From the IMG/VR virus record IMGVR_UViG_3300021168_000026, positions 5,255 through 69,254 of that record: a DNA stretch of 64,000 nt. One strand, given 5' to 3'. Shown in pieces: positions 52,323-62,669 of this stretch. How positions within the stretch are numbered: the stretch's first letter is position 1; every line of letters begins with the position of its first letter. The translations under genes were made by a program, and so were the position numbers. The notes below the pieces were generated by a model that was given only the letters and a program-made list of their open reading frames with translations, was not told the DNA's origin and did no database searches. This DNA is from a virus.

Positions 52323-55046
52323 ATGGGCCTCAATCGCATTCGGGCCGAGCTCCGGAGGCTTGAGGAGCTCATCGAACTACTGCTTGGCGGTGCCGGTGGT
52401 GGATCAGGCGGGTCATCGCAGCTTTCGGCGGCTAGCGTAGCTGCGCTTTCTACCCTCACTCCTACGGGATCAACGACGAGCGTAGAGCTACTTGGATTCT
52501 CGACGCCTGGCGATGGAGGCGGCGGTACTCTCGCCCTGGCGACTAGTGCGAGGCCGGTTGACGGAGGAACGGTATTCGCCGTTGCGGGCGATGTTACCAA
52601 ACGGTGGCTTCGCATTTTCTCGGGCCCCTACGATATTCGGTGGTTCGGGGGCAACGCTAGCAGTCCAGACAATACCGGAGCCATTCTCGCCGCTCAAACA
52701 GCAATCACCAGCGCTGGTACGACTACCAAGACGGTATATTTCGCGCCAGGGACCTTTTCAACTACTGGGGTTATCGCTGTTCCTCGAAATATCACTTGGC
52801 AGTTTGAAGAAGGAGCGATGATTAGCCCATCAGCCGCGGTCACAATCGGCGGAGTTATCATTGCCAGCTCAATACAACAGATTTTTACTGGGGCGCTAGG
52901 GAATATCTCGTTTACCCCTGGCATCCAACGATTTATTGGCACTGACTGGTTTGGTGCCAAGGGCGACAACATAACGAATAGCGTTGTTGCCTTACAGGCC
53001 TCGGCCGATGCTACCCCTCAACACGAGACGTTACTACTAGGAGGGGGCTCATATCGAACAGGGTTTCCGTGGAGGCCTTGCCGCAATAAGCCTATTAGTG
53101 TCATAGGGCCCACCTTCCAAGACGGTTCTGGTAATCAGGGTACAGCCCGCATCTTCCCCGACCCAACGATCGGGCCTCTTTGGTCAGGTCCGGTTATCAC
53201 TGTAGTCGGAGAGCAGTTTCAACAGGGTGGTCCGGCGGGGCTCTATCCGATTACTCCGAGCGGCAATTTCTTCTGCATCAATTTCGATAATAGTGGAAAC
53301 CCGAATCATTGTATTATCCCTAGCGAGGCTGATCTGGGTGAGATCAATGGTCTAGGGGCTGGCGTCGGCCCAGGATCTGGCTTCACGTTCGAATTGATGT
53401 TTGACCCTCAAGGCAATCATGGGGTCAACGGGTCTGTTATAGCGGCTAGTAGCGGCATCGAACATGGCGGGGCTGTCTCTGCGGATGTGGCCTTTCGGCT
53501 AGTGATGACAGATACCTTCCACATCAATGTTATGATGACATTGACGGGAGGAGTTGTCAGCTTCAATAGCGCGGCAACAGTTCCAGCTAACATCCTCCAG
53601 CACATCGCAGTGACTTACGATCAGTCGGCTGTAAAGCTATGGCTCAACGGCAACCTCGATACCTCGGTGCCGGCCAGTGGAACTATCGTACAACAACCGT
53701 GGGAGACATTCTGTATCGGTTACTCTAACGGGTTCTGGCCTCTATCCAATCTAGACCTAGGGCATGTGTACGGTCCCGTTTTGATGGATTCAATCCGGTG
53801 CCGAACTAGCGCGGTATACACGGCAAACTTCACGCCTCCGACGAGTGAGCTCGATACGGGCGGCGATGATTGCCTCTTTCTACTCAACTTCAACCCGAGT
53901 AATATTGTTATGGGTGGAGGGTGGGTCGCTGCGGCATCGACGGTTAGACGCATGAACCTTCCCGCTGGCTGCCCCGTCTATCTCTATTTGGCGAGAGGGT
54001 GTAATACCAATACTCTCGGCCAGGTCTTGATCCAAGACGTTGCTGTACAAAATGGCGGTGGAGTATTTGGTGCTAGGGCTATCTTCTCAGATGCCGCCAA
54101 CTCCTGCACCTTCCGCCGAGTGACCACGGCCGCAGTATTCTCAGGGATCACCTACACCGGGTACGGCCATCTGATCGACGACTGTATCCTGGAGGCGACG
54201 ACGGGTATGACGGGCTTCTCGTTCTGCGCTGGTTCCTACGCCCAGGCCAATGGTGGTAGCGCAAATACGCATCGTGGAGGTATCTGGAACGGCGGCTGGG
54301 TAACTGCGGCTTGTATCAGTGGTGGGTACTTCGCCAACATATTCGTCAACGGCCCCCCATCATTCTCAGGGCTCTATTGTGCGGCAAGCATCTCTGACAA
54401 CGGCTCGTTGACGGTGATCAACGTCATCTGGGATGATGAGCAAGCTCCGCCAGGGACCATTGACTCCGGCATGCACATTGACGGCATGGCTACGGTCATC
54501 CTCATGAACAATTCACCGTGTGGATTGGGCGCTAGTCAATGCCCTGTCTATCGGATTGGTAACTATAATAGCTTCCAGGTGACCGACGATATACTAGGCA
54601 TCAATCCCTCGTCACCAGGGATATTTAGTTTCTTCAATACGGTGAATGCGTTCGGCCCACTACCTCCACTCGTTTTCAACTCACCGCCCCCGTTGGCCGG
54701 TACAGCGATCATAGACCCCGATAATCCCGGGCCGGTTATAGTGCCTCAACGGATGGTGAACAGTCAACACGTGTTGAACTTCACAGTCGATGCCAATTTC
54801 TCGATGACTTTGAACGATGAGACATTTGGCCTCATAAAGATGACTGATACTGGGGCGGTGCTAACGGGCTCTAAGATTGTCTTCTTGCCGTTTCTAGGTA
54901 ACGGGTATCGCCGTACGGTAGTCAATGCGACCCTTCAGGCCCTGACGTTCAAGAGCCCAACTGGCACCGGCGTCCTCGTTGCTGCGGGTGCTGCGGCAGA
55001 TATCGTCTGCGACGGCACCAACTGGGTACTGGTGCCTGTCAGCTGA
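52323..55046 (+). CDS. Tailspike-like receptor-binding protein (pectate-lyase-like beta-helix with LamG/ConA insert)
   Basis: GF.TPGDGGGG, WFG...DN..A twice, HIAVTYD...LWLNG. Confidence 0.75.
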   Translation: MGLNRIRAELRRLEELIELLLGGAGGGSGGSSQLSAASVAALSTLTPTGSTTSVELLGFSTPGDGGGGTLALATSARPVDGGTVFAVAGDVTKRWLRIFSGPYDIRWFGGNASSPDNTGAILAAQTAITSAGTTTKTVYFAPGTFSTTGVIAVPRNITWQFEEGAMISPSAAVTIGGVIIASSIQQIFTGALGNISFTPGIQRFIGTDWFGAKGDNITNSVVALQASADATPQHETLLLGGGSYRTGFPWRPCRNKPISVIGPTFQDGSGNQGTARIFPDPTIGPLWSGPVITVVGEQFQQGGPAGLYPITPSGNFFCINFDNSGNPNHCIIPSEADLGEINGLGAGVGPGSGFTFELMFDPQGNHGVNGSVIAASSGIEHGGAVSADVAFRLVMTDTFHINVMMTLTGGVVSFNSAATVPANILQHIAVTYDQSAVKLWLNGNLDTSVPASGTIVQQPWETFCIGYSNGFWPLSNLDLGHVYGPVLMDSIRCRTSAVYTANFTPPTSELDTGGDDCLFLLNFNPSNIVMGGGWVAAASTVRRMNLPAGCPVYLYLARGCNTNTLGQVLIQDVAVQNGGGVFGARAIFSDAANSCTFRRVTTAAVFSGITYTGYGHLIDDCILEATTGMTGFSFCAGSYAQANGGSANTHRGGIWNGGWVTAACISGGYFANIFVNGPPSFSGLYCAASISDNGSLTVINVIWDDEQAPPGTIDSGMHIDGMATVILMNNSPCGLGASQCPVYRIGNYNSFQVTDDILGINPSSPGIFSFFNTVNAFGPLPPLVFNSPPPLAGTAIIDPDNPGPVIVPQRMVNSQHVLNFTVDANFSMTLNDETFGLIKMTDTGAVLTGSKIVFLPFLGNGYRRTVVNATLQALTFKSPTGTGVLVAAGAAADIVCDGTNWVLVPVS

Positions 55047-55096
55047 ACCCTAGCCAGCCTCTTGCAATTCCTGTAGCAGGCGCTACGTTGCTCCCC

Positions 55097-55345
55097 GTGG
55101 CCAAACGAGGCTTCGGAAGCATGGATCCCGACAAGCAGGCTGAGATAGCCCGCAAGGGCGGTAAATCAGCTCATGCTCTTGGCAGAGCGCATGAGTTCAC
55201 GCCTGAGGAAGCCCGCAAGGCCGGCAGTAAGGGCGGCAAGGCTGTCTCGGCCGACATCAGCCATATGGCTGAGATAGGCCGGCTGGGTGGGTTGGCTCGA
55301 AGCAAAAAGAGAGCTGCTGCAAAAGCTGAGGAGGAAGACAAATGA
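55097..55345 (+). CDS. KGG-repeat stress-induced (GsiB/YciG-like) protein
   Basis: RGFGSMDP....IARKGG, AHEF..EEAR.AG.KGG; promoter TTGCAA-16 nt-TACGTT. Confidence 0.85.
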   Translation: MAKRGFGSMDPDKQAEIARKGGKSAHALGRAHEFTPEEARKAGSKGGKAVSADISHMAEIGRLGGLARSKKRAAAKAEEEDK

Positions 55346-55608
55346 CGGGCTGGAAATGGGACTACCAACACGTTCTCATACTCGCCGGGTATGCGCTTGG
55401 CGCGGGGGCTGCGGGCGGCCCGCTCGTCGCCGAGATGTTCGTCGGAGGTCACCCTAACCCGATGGTAGTCTTGATGGGGGTTGGAACGCTCCTGACTTCA
55501 GCGGTGTTTGGCTTCATCAAGCATCCCCCCTCAAGTATTGAGGAGGCAGTTGTTGAGGGTGAGCAGAACGTCAAGCCGCTCAACCCACCGGAGCCTCCCC
55601 TCCAATGA
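55342..55608 (+). CDS. Small two-TM protein, holin-like
   Basis: Two hydrophobic helices, charged tail. Confidence 0.5.
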   Translation: MTGWKWDYQHVLILAGYALGAGAAGGPLVAEMFVGGHPNPMVVLMGVGTLLTSAVFGFIKHPPSSIEEAVVEGEQNVKPLNPPEPPLQ

Positions 55609-55895
55609 GCTTCAAGTGTCTCGGGGACCATATCCTCATCCGCCCCCTCGAAGAGAAATACCGAGGGGTACTCGTCATCCCCGCTACCGCGAAAAAAGAC
55701 CAACCGCAGATGGGCGTAGTCATCGCGATGGGCCCAGGGATGCTCATGAAGAACGGCAAACGATGGCCGATGCCCGATTGTCGTCCTGGTGACACGATCA
55801 TCTTCAACAAGCACGGCGGTACCTCCATCGAGCTTGCTGGCGAGAAGCTCCGCGTCATCCGTGACGAGAACGTCGACGCCGTCCTGGAGATGTAG
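55605..55895 (+). CDS. groES: Co-chaperonin GroES
   Basis: L.D.ILI, G.L.IP.TA, G.VIA.GPG, GD.I.F.K..G..I..G.K. Confidence 0.92.
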   Translation: MSFKCLGDHILIRPLEEKYRGVLVIPATAKKDQPQMGVVIAMGPGMLMKNGKRWPMPDCRPGDTIIFNKHGGTSIELAGEKLRVIRDENVDAVLEM

Positions 55896-56726
55896 ATGCG
55901 AGGCCTAGGCTGCAAACGAGACACGAAGCGCCGGCAGCTCAACGCGGCTCTCTATCATCCTCATATCGTCAGACGCTTGATAGCAGGGGCTATCCCGCTT
56001 GAGTATGACCTAGCTCCCTGGCAGCCGCCTCGGCCTGATCAGGGTCAGACAGGATCATGTACGGCGCATGCAGCCGGGGGTAGCTTCTCTACAGCCCTAC
56101 GTTATGAAAACCAAACGCTTCCGTGGGAGCCGAGCGAAGACCTGATCTACAAGGCTACCCGCCGCTATGCGATCTCACTCAACGCTCGGCCGGGTATTAC
56201 CCTCCCCCCACTACAAGATGATGGCGCCGAGCCCTCGAACGTGATGGCCGCAGTCGGGTTGCTCGGGGTAGCTTCTCGACGAGCCCTTCAAGATGGCCGA
56301 GTCAGCGATGTATCCCCAAGCGATGTCAATGAGGAGCCTGATTTCGATAAACTCGAGGAGGCCGAGACTTACCTCATCGCTGGAAGTCATCGTATCCAAG
56401 AGAACCTGAGCACTACTTCGGATGTGTGTGCGGCAGCCATCGCCTCGGGGTTCCCGGTGTTCGTCGGCTTCTTCGTTGATAGCGCGTTCGAGCAGCTCTC
56501 CCCCGGCCAGGTGGCCCCGGCACCCAACGAGAATGATCCTAACGGTGGCGGTCACGCTGTCTACCTCAGCGCGTTCAAGCGGGTCAACGGCAAGCGGCTC
56601 TTCACGCTGACCAATAGTTGGGGCAACTGGTGCGACAACGGCCAGTGCCTCGTCGGAGACGAGTGGCTCGCCAAGGTATGGGACCTTCTCGTCATGGATG
56701 TGGGTGTGGTACAGGGGGCAGCATGA
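55896..56726 (+). CDS. Papain-like (C1) cysteine peptidase
   Basis: DQG.TGSC, GGHAV, NSWG..W.D.G. Confidence 0.88.
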   Translation: MRGLGCKRDTKRRQLNAALYHPHIVRRLIAGAIPLEYDLAPWQPPRPDQGQTGSCTAHAAGGSFSTALRYENQTLPWEPSEDLIYKATRRYAISLNARPGITLPPLQDDGAEPSNVMAAVGLLGVASRRALQDGRVSDVSPSDVNEEPDFDKLEEAETYLIAGSHRIQENLSTTSDVCAAAIASGFPVFVGFFVDSAFEQLSPGQVAPAPNENDPNGGGHAVYLSAFKRVNGKRLFTLTNSWGNWCDNGQCLVGDEWLAKVWDLLVMDVGVVQGAA

Positions 56727-57106
56727 AAATTCTAGCTGTCGCGATTCTGCTGTCCGTCGCGAGCTTGCTCCTTCAAGCATGCCCGCCCCCGGCACCACCG
56801 CTGCCCCCTACCCCGGATGCCGACGCTGCCCCCCAGGATGTTCCTGAGGCCTCCCCGGTTGAAGAGACTACGCCTAGCCCTCGGCCAAACGTTGACCCCG
56901 CGTGCGCCTACGCGTGCCTAACGTGGAAGCACTTAGGTTGCGCCGAGGGCGCCGATGGGAATTGTGGAGCCACCCTCACCAAGTTGAGCGCGCACCAGTT
57001 GAGGCCCAACCCCGCCAACGGCAACAAGCCTCTGACGTGTGATGACATCGGCCGGGCCAAGACTGTCGATCAAGTTCATGCAATGGGCCTCCCCTGCCAC
57101 CCATGA
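56723..57106 (+). CDS. Cys-rich lipoprotein
   Basis: Signal peptide with LQAC lipobox-like site. Confidence 0.65.
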   Translation: MKILAVAILLSVASLLLQACPPPAPPLPPTPDADAAPQDVPEASPVEETTPSPRPNVDPACAYACLTWKHLGCAEGADGNCGATLTKLSAHQLRPNPANGNKPLTCDDIGRAKTVDQVHAMGLPCHP

Positions 57107-57216
57107 TCCCCTTCCTCGACAGACTGACGTACTACCTTTTCTACCCCGGTCCGATTACCTGGAAGCAGGTACCGCGGACCTACTACTGATCTACTGACCT
57201 CCTGAAGGGAGCCCTC

Positions 57217-57501
57217 GTGAAAAACCTACTGCTAGTCTCGTTGATTCTTCTGGCTACTTCTAGCTGTAGCCCCGCAGCGAAGACGATCGCCGATACGATC
57301 GTCAACGTCGCCGTAGACGCTTGCCAAGAGGCGAAGGCTATCGCCCCCGGAGACACAACTGTCAGCCTCGTCTGTGCGATCGTAGATGGCGGAGCGCCAA
57401 TCGCGCACGTGGTCATCGACTCCAACGTCTGGAACCAGATGAAGGTCCAGTATAAGAAAGAGCATGGCAAACTGCCCGAGGGCGTCAGCGAGCCTAAGTA
57501 A
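57217..57501 (+). CDS. Lipoprotein
   Basis: Signal peptide ending TSSC. Confidence 0.6.
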   Translation: MKNLLLVSLILLATSSCSPAAKTIADTIVNVAVDACQEAKAIAPGDTTVSLVCAIVDGGAPIAHVVIDSNVWNQMKVQYKKEHGKLPEGVSEPK

Positions 57502-57667
57502 TGAGCCGGCTCGCGCGATACCTGGAGCTCGAGGCGATGGCCTCCCACCTGGAGGAGTCCACCAGCTCTAAGCTATTCCCGATCTGGGAGGAGCTCGACA
57601 AGCTTTGGATCGAGCTCTCCCCGTTTGAGCGCAAGATGCTCAACGAGCGCGATGAGTCGAGGCCCTC

Positions 57668-57865
57668 ATGAACGCGCTAGAGCAAGCAATCGGTGACCGG
57701 CTTGAGGCCCTCTGTCTTCACTGGAAGGTGGCCATCAAAGAGAGAGGTAGGGTCCAGCTAACCCGCCGAGGCAATTGCCTCATCATCGACTGGGATCTGG
57801 CCAGACGAGATGACAAGGATTTGTTCCAGCAGCTTGCTGAGCAGGCTCGTAGGGAAACCTTATGA
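57668..57865 (+). CDS. Hypothetical protein
   Basis: Coupled small ORF. Confidence 0.45.
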   Translation: MNALEQAIGDRLEALCLHWKVAIKERGRVQLTRRGNCLIIDWDLARRDDKDLFQQLAEQARRETL

Positions 57866-58068
57866 TCTGGACTACCCGCCTCAAGAGGCATGGGGGCCTA
57901 CAGAACCTCATGGCCAAGCGTCTGCGGCAAATGAGTAGCCTACAAGCCCTGATCAGCCCCCTCAAAGAGCCCGACCCCATGATCCAGCTCGCGTTCGATT
58001 TCTTGCAGGACAACCCGCTGAGGGTGCTCGGTGCCGACGCGGAGAGGTATTTCGGATGGAGAAGCTAA
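57862..58068 (+). CDS. Hypothetical protein
   Basis: Coupled small ORF. Confidence 0.4.
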   Translation: MIWTTRLKRHGGLQNLMAKRLRQMSSLQALISPLKEPDPMIQLAFDFLQDNPLRVLGADAERYFGWRS

Positions 58069-58367
58069 CGCCTTTTGAGATCGGCCGACGGGTCGGTGAG
58101 GAGCAGTGTGCCGCTGGAGACCGTGCGATGCACGCCCTCAACCTCTACATCCAAGCCGGCGACCGCACTGCTCTTCCCGACGCCTTCGCCGGCTACATCA
58201 TCGGCATCGGAGACTCGGTGCCTAGAGCAGTGATGTTCAGCACGCTCCAAGTTGCTCTACGAGACGGAATGTGCGAGGAGCACATCCAGGAAACCCTCGC
58301 GCTGACGAGACTGGCGATTGAGCGCTATGAGTCTCAGCGAGAGAAGGGCGCCAATGCCGGCTCGTAA
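58056..58367 (+). CDS. Hypothetical protein
   Basis: RBS gagg, tiled ORF. Confidence 0.5.
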   Translation: MEKLTPFEIGRRVGEEQCAAGDRAMHALNLYIQAGDRTALPDAFAGYIIGIGDSVPRAVMFSTLQVALRDGMCEEHIQETLALTRLAIERYESQREKGANAGS

Positions 58368-58590
58368 AATCCACCCACTCGTCAATGAGCTCCTAGGTGA
58401 AGCGCTGAGGGTCGGGGCCAAGGCCGCGGCACGGGCCTTCGACTCCGTGCTAGAAGATGCCGCGGGCGGCCTCGCCGGGGCCGAGAAGAAAGTCTCCCGC
58501 GCTAGGAAGAGTCTCTTGCGCAAAGTCAAAGAAAGCCTCGAAGGCCTCGACGGCCCCGAGGAAGCCGAGGTAGTTGACGATGATGAGTAG
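58354..58590 (+). CDS. Hypothetical protein
   Basis: Helical protein with acidic tail. Confidence 0.5.
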   Translation: MPARKIHPLVNELLGEALRVGAKAAARAFDSVLEDAAGGLAGAEKKVSRARKSLLRKVKESLEGLDGPEEAEVVDDDE

Positions 58591-59030
58591 AACACGCGGT
58601 ATCAAGTCTGCGCAGCCCCAGAACCGCACCGACCAAAGGCGGATCTCGACCGAGCCCCCGAAGGCATGCCCCAATCAAGACGGGCGTAGGGCCGCCGCGG
58701 GCCGCGACGATGGCCTCTGCTCGAATTGCGGCCAGATCAAAGACACCAAGGCCCCGAAGAAGAAGTAGCCAGGGTGGAAGGCCAAGCGCGGTCACCACAG
58801 ACGGTTCTGGAGCTCGTCAAGCTGCTTCAGACGCGCGACCCCGGGGATACGCTCATCGTGTCGGTCGGGCTCCTGCAAACGCTCGTCTTGAACGCAGCCG
58901 ACGCTGAGCGAGACGCACTGCTGGGGCTGGCCGCCGAGCGAATGTGCGCCCCGGTTGGCGGTGAACTCCTCAGGATGATTGAGGAAGCTTGCCAGCTGCA
59001 TGCCGGCGCGGATTGAGCTACACTCCAGCT

Positions 59031-59195
59031 ATGGCCAACGTCACCAACCGCAACTACCCGCCCCCGCCCCTGCAAGTGTACAAGAACCGCCGTGGAGGGT
59101 TTCGCGCCAAGGTCGAGTACGACAAGTCGGTCGCGTACGCCCAGGATGAGAGCTTGCAGAAGGCTGCTGTCACGGCGCTTGAAGAAGCCCCGTAG
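59031..59195 (+). CDS. Small hypothetical protein (leaderless)
   Basis: TACACT 6 nt before ATG. Confidence 0.45.
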   Translation: MANVTNRNYPPPPLQVYKNRRGGFRAKVEYDKSVAYAQDESLQKAAVTALEEAP

Positions 59196-59204
59196 CGCGA
59201 CCTC

Positions 59205-60251
59205 TCACGGCCGTTTGCCCCACACATACAAGCTCCGCGCTGCCTTGCGGGCAGCTTTCTCTCCCCGCCGATCGTAGATCATCGTCGTCGATGGCTCCTC
59301 GTGGCCCATGAGCCCCTGCACCGTCGGCACGTCAGTGTGCTCGAGAAGTCGGCTCGCGTAGGTCCGACGTAGATCGTGGGGGGCTACGTGCTGCTGGAGG
59401 CCGGCGGCCGTGCAGATGCTCGAGACGCGCCGCCATACCCCCGCTGGTGAGAGCGGTCGATCTAGACATCGGCCATCGGCGGTCAAGGCAATGAACATCG
59501 TCGGAGAGCTCAGATCGAGTAGCCGGCGAGCCGCAAGCCACGCCTGGACGTCGATCTCGGCCCCCTCCAGGAGGGGATTTTCTCGTTCCTTCTGGCCCTT
59601 GCCAAGGACCGTCAGCGTGTCCGTTTCGGGGTTGTACGCATCGGCCTTCAGGTTGGCGATTTCCTCTCGGCGAAGGCCTCCACCGAAGCCGACAGCGAGT
59701 AGAGCCGTCATCATCGTTCCGTAGGGGGCCGGCAAATCGATCGCGTAGGCGTGGAGCTGCGCGAGCTCTTCGTCGTTGAGAGCCCGACCCTTCTTCTTTC
59801 GCTTCGCGCGGAGCTTAGGCCAATCGGTGGCCTGGTAGAACGCTTCAAGCGTCATGTACTTGGCGCGCGCTGCGCAGTGCAGAACGCCCGTCAGCATAGA
59901 GAGCGTGAGGCGGACCGTTGTAGGGGAGTGGTCTTTGAGCAGAAGGCTGCGAATGAGCATCGTCCGTTCGTAGTCGAGCTCTTCCCAGGGGAGGTAGATC
60001 CACGCGTCCTTGGCCGCGAAGCCGATCAGGCGCGTGATGCGCTGGAGGGCTTCCCTGGCCGTCTGGCGGCTCTTCTCGGTGAGGAGGGTAGCCAGGTAGA
60101 TGGCAGCGGGGCTCTGACGCGCGCCGCGGCTTGACGGAGGCACCAAGCGCCCTTCTCTTGGCACCCCGGCGAAGACGATCGCAGTGGACGTTTCGCTGTT
60201 AGGCGGGCCCTCGGCGGTCATCGCACGCCTGGCGGTAAGGCGTCGAGCCAT
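59205..60251 (-). CDS. Tyrosine recombinase/integrase
   Basis: GLRREEI, GKG.K.R, HDLRRT, MGH....TT.IY. Confidence 0.92.
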   Translation of the reverse strand: MARRLTARRAMTAEGPPNSETSTAIVFAGVPREGRLVPPSSRGARQSPAAIYLATLLTEKSRQTAREALQRITRLIGFAAKDAWIYLPWEELDYERTMLIRSLLLKDHSPTTVRLTLSMLTGVLHCAARAKYMTLEAFYQATDWPKLRAKRKKKGRALNDEELAQLHAYAIDLPAPYGTMMTALLAVGFGGGLRREEIANLKADAYNPETDTLTVLGKGQKERENPLLEGAEIDVQAWLAARRLLDLSSPTMFIALTADGRCLDRPLSPAGVWRRVSSICTAAGLQQHVAPHDLRRTYASRLLEHTDVPTVQGLMGHEEPSTTMIYDRRGEKAARKAARSLYVWGKRP

Positions 60252-61189
60252 AGGCCAAGGGCCATAGCTGCATGTTTTCGCGCCCTTGGCCCAGTCATCC
60301 GTTCGCGAAGAATGGCCTCCAGGGCGTGGGCTAGTAGCGCCTCACGTTCATAGAGCGGCTCGGGGCCTGGCGTCTCCTTCTGACGATGGTAAGTAGCCAG
60401 CGAGGCACCTAACAAGCGGACCATCAGTACCTCAGGGCTGCTGGAGACTGCCGACCCATCCTCGTTTTTCACGAGGCAAACATAGGTCCGACCCCTAACC
60501 CCCACAAGGGTCGTGCGGGATGCGTTTGGGGTAGCCTAACAGCCGTTTAGGCGAATTCCCTAATGATTACGCCACTTTAGCTCATAGCACCGCTCGCTAG
60601 AAAGCCTGCTTAGGAGCTTATCCGCCCTCAATCAGGGGTGCCGGGGTAGCTGCTAGGGGCAGGCTCTAGGCTAGGGTCTCACCAGCCCAGGACCGCCCAG
60701 AACCTAGGATCAAGCCCTAGCTCGGAGTCTCGGCCAGGAGAAACAGGGAGCTCGTTGGGGTCGTTTTAGGGCCGTTTCTCAGGGTTGCCTAGGCCGATGA
60801 GCTCGGCTACACTCGGGGCATGCTGAGCACTTTCGGTGTCTGTTTGCCTAACGGCGGCCAACATACCCTCGTCATGAGCTTGGATGTAAGTTCTTTGACG
60901 CAGTTCTTTGATGATATATGTCAACATGTGGTATCAAGAGGCACCACCATAGGTGAATGTAGCTGGTGTGGTGAAAGTGGAGCTGGTGAGCGACACTTGA
61001 GTACATCAGGGAGGGAGGAGCACTTATTCCACCCTATATGCTGGGTGGAACACCTACAGTGGATCGGAGGCAGGTAGTTATTAGACCTACATCTAGCCTA
61101 CATATAGGTGGAGCGGATATCCTACCTATTTTTGGGCTCAAGTGAAGAATTCGGAGGCTCGACCGTCTATCTCTTTGGAGGCAGAAACG

Positions 61190-61402
61190 ATGAGCCAATT
61201 CAAAAAAGGGGACCGTGTAGTTTGGTCCGCCAACTTCCTGGCTAACGGGAAAAAGATTGACCCACGCTGGTACCTCGAACAACTTGGCCGTGTGGGTACC
61301 GTCGACTGGGTCCAGCGTGACGGGGATATCCTAGTCATGTGGGACGACGCGAAACACGAGACGACGATTCACCCACCCGACCGATTGTCTCTCTACATCT
61401 GA
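61190..61402 (+). CDS. Small SH3/KOW-like protein
   Basis: FKKGDRV...G.V......V.WD; RBS ggagg. Confidence 0.55.
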   Translation: MSQFKKGDRVVWSANFLANGKKIDPRWYLEQLGRVGTVDWVQRDGDILVMWDDAKHETTIHPPDRLSLYI

Positions 61403-61607
61403 CTCGCGAGTCTCGACCATGCCCCGGAAGCAATCGCAGACGCGCGCGAGCAAGCTAGCGACTTTTGAGGGCTGCGCGTAGCCTCGGCGGTTTCGCCGGG
61501 GTTTAGCGGAGGATTCAAGATGGCTGCTTCTACGAATTGGCCGCGTACCTCTGAATTCTCGGCCGAGTAGGCCGTCTAACAATAACAAGCAGATAAGGGA
61601 GACTTCA

Positions 61608-62072
61608 ATGGCAACCGAGACGAGAATGATAGAGGCCGAATGGGACTGCACGAAAGGGCCTTCCGACAAGCAAGTCGAGTTTGCGCGACAAGTACTCCGG
61701 GCTGATTACTACAGCAGCATTAGGAGTTACGCTGAGGAGATCGTAGACATGCTCAAAAAGGGCGAGCTCGATTCCTCGGAAGCGGTAACTGACTACATCC
61801 ACGAGACGGCGGACGGCTCGGAATGGGTGATATACACTGGCCGTAATTATCAAGTGCTTTTCGCGAGTGACCATGACCCGAGCGAGGACCTTGAAGAAAC
61901 GGAGTCTACGTTCAAGCCCGAAGTGGCCGCGTTCTTCTGCGTACGGGCCGACTTGGACTCGCAGGTAATCTCGGAGCTTGGCCAGTCCGTTGACGACTGG
62001 CTCACCGAAAAAGAGGAAGCCGAGGAGGCAGCAAAGGAGGCAGCCGCGGAGGAGGCATCAGACAAGGGCTAA
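61608..62072 (+). CDS. Acidic Ocr-like DNA-mimic candidate
   Basis: DYIHETAD...Y....V.AS resembles T7 gp0.3 DAIHMAAD...Y...V.AS (recalled sequence); very D/E-rich. Confidence 0.55.
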   Translation: MATETRMIEAEWDCTKGPSDKQVEFARQVLRADYYSSIRSYAEEIVDMLKKGELDSSEAVTDYIHETADGSEWVIYTGRNYQVLFASDHDPSEDLEETESTFKPEVAAFFCVRADLDSQVISELGQSVDDWLTEKEEAEEAAKEAAAEEASDKG

Positions 62073-62150
62073 TGTCGAGGGTTTCGGGTTTCGCGCGCAT
62101 GCCTCTCAGAGGAGGCAATGGTCTAGGAGGCATGCCGCGGAGGACGAATC

Positions 62151-62423
62151 ATGGCTCTCATCGGTTTCGCAACGTGGAAGGAAGTTCTAGAGTACGCACG
62201 CACCGGTGCGCCACTCCACTACCAGGCCCCACTAGACTACGTGTCGGCACGGCTGTACCCATGCCTTGCACGCCCTTTTCCCCTCGCGTACAAGGTGCGC
62301 CCACGCACGATCAGGATCTGGCCATGCGGTTCGATCGGTCGAGGCAAGCAACGAACGAGCGACCCATTCACAGCCAACGCTGATCATCTGCCTCGATTCT
62401 TCCGGCCTATGGTGTCGCCGTGA
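62151..62423 (+). CDS. Hypothetical protein
   Basis: RBS ggagg. Confidence 0.5.
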   Translation: MALIGFATWKEVLEYARTGAPLHYQAPLDYVSARLYPCLARPFPLAYKVRPRTIRIWPCGSIGRGKQRTSDPFTANADHLPRFFRPMVSP

Positions 62424-62669
62424 ATCCGGCACTCAAGCTGCTACTCTGGGCACTCCTGCCCTGGCTCGCGTGGAGCCTTTTCATTCTGACGAGGGGCCAA
62501 TGATTCGCTACCACATTCTCGGTCAACAAGGGTTCCGCCAGGTCAAGCTTGTCAGAGAGTCTTCCGAGGCGGCGGTTCAGACAGTGAGGTACTTGCTCGA
62601 CTACGGATGGCAAGTCACCATCACCAGCAAGCTCGTTGGGATGAAAGCCTCTATCAAGGAGATTCGATC

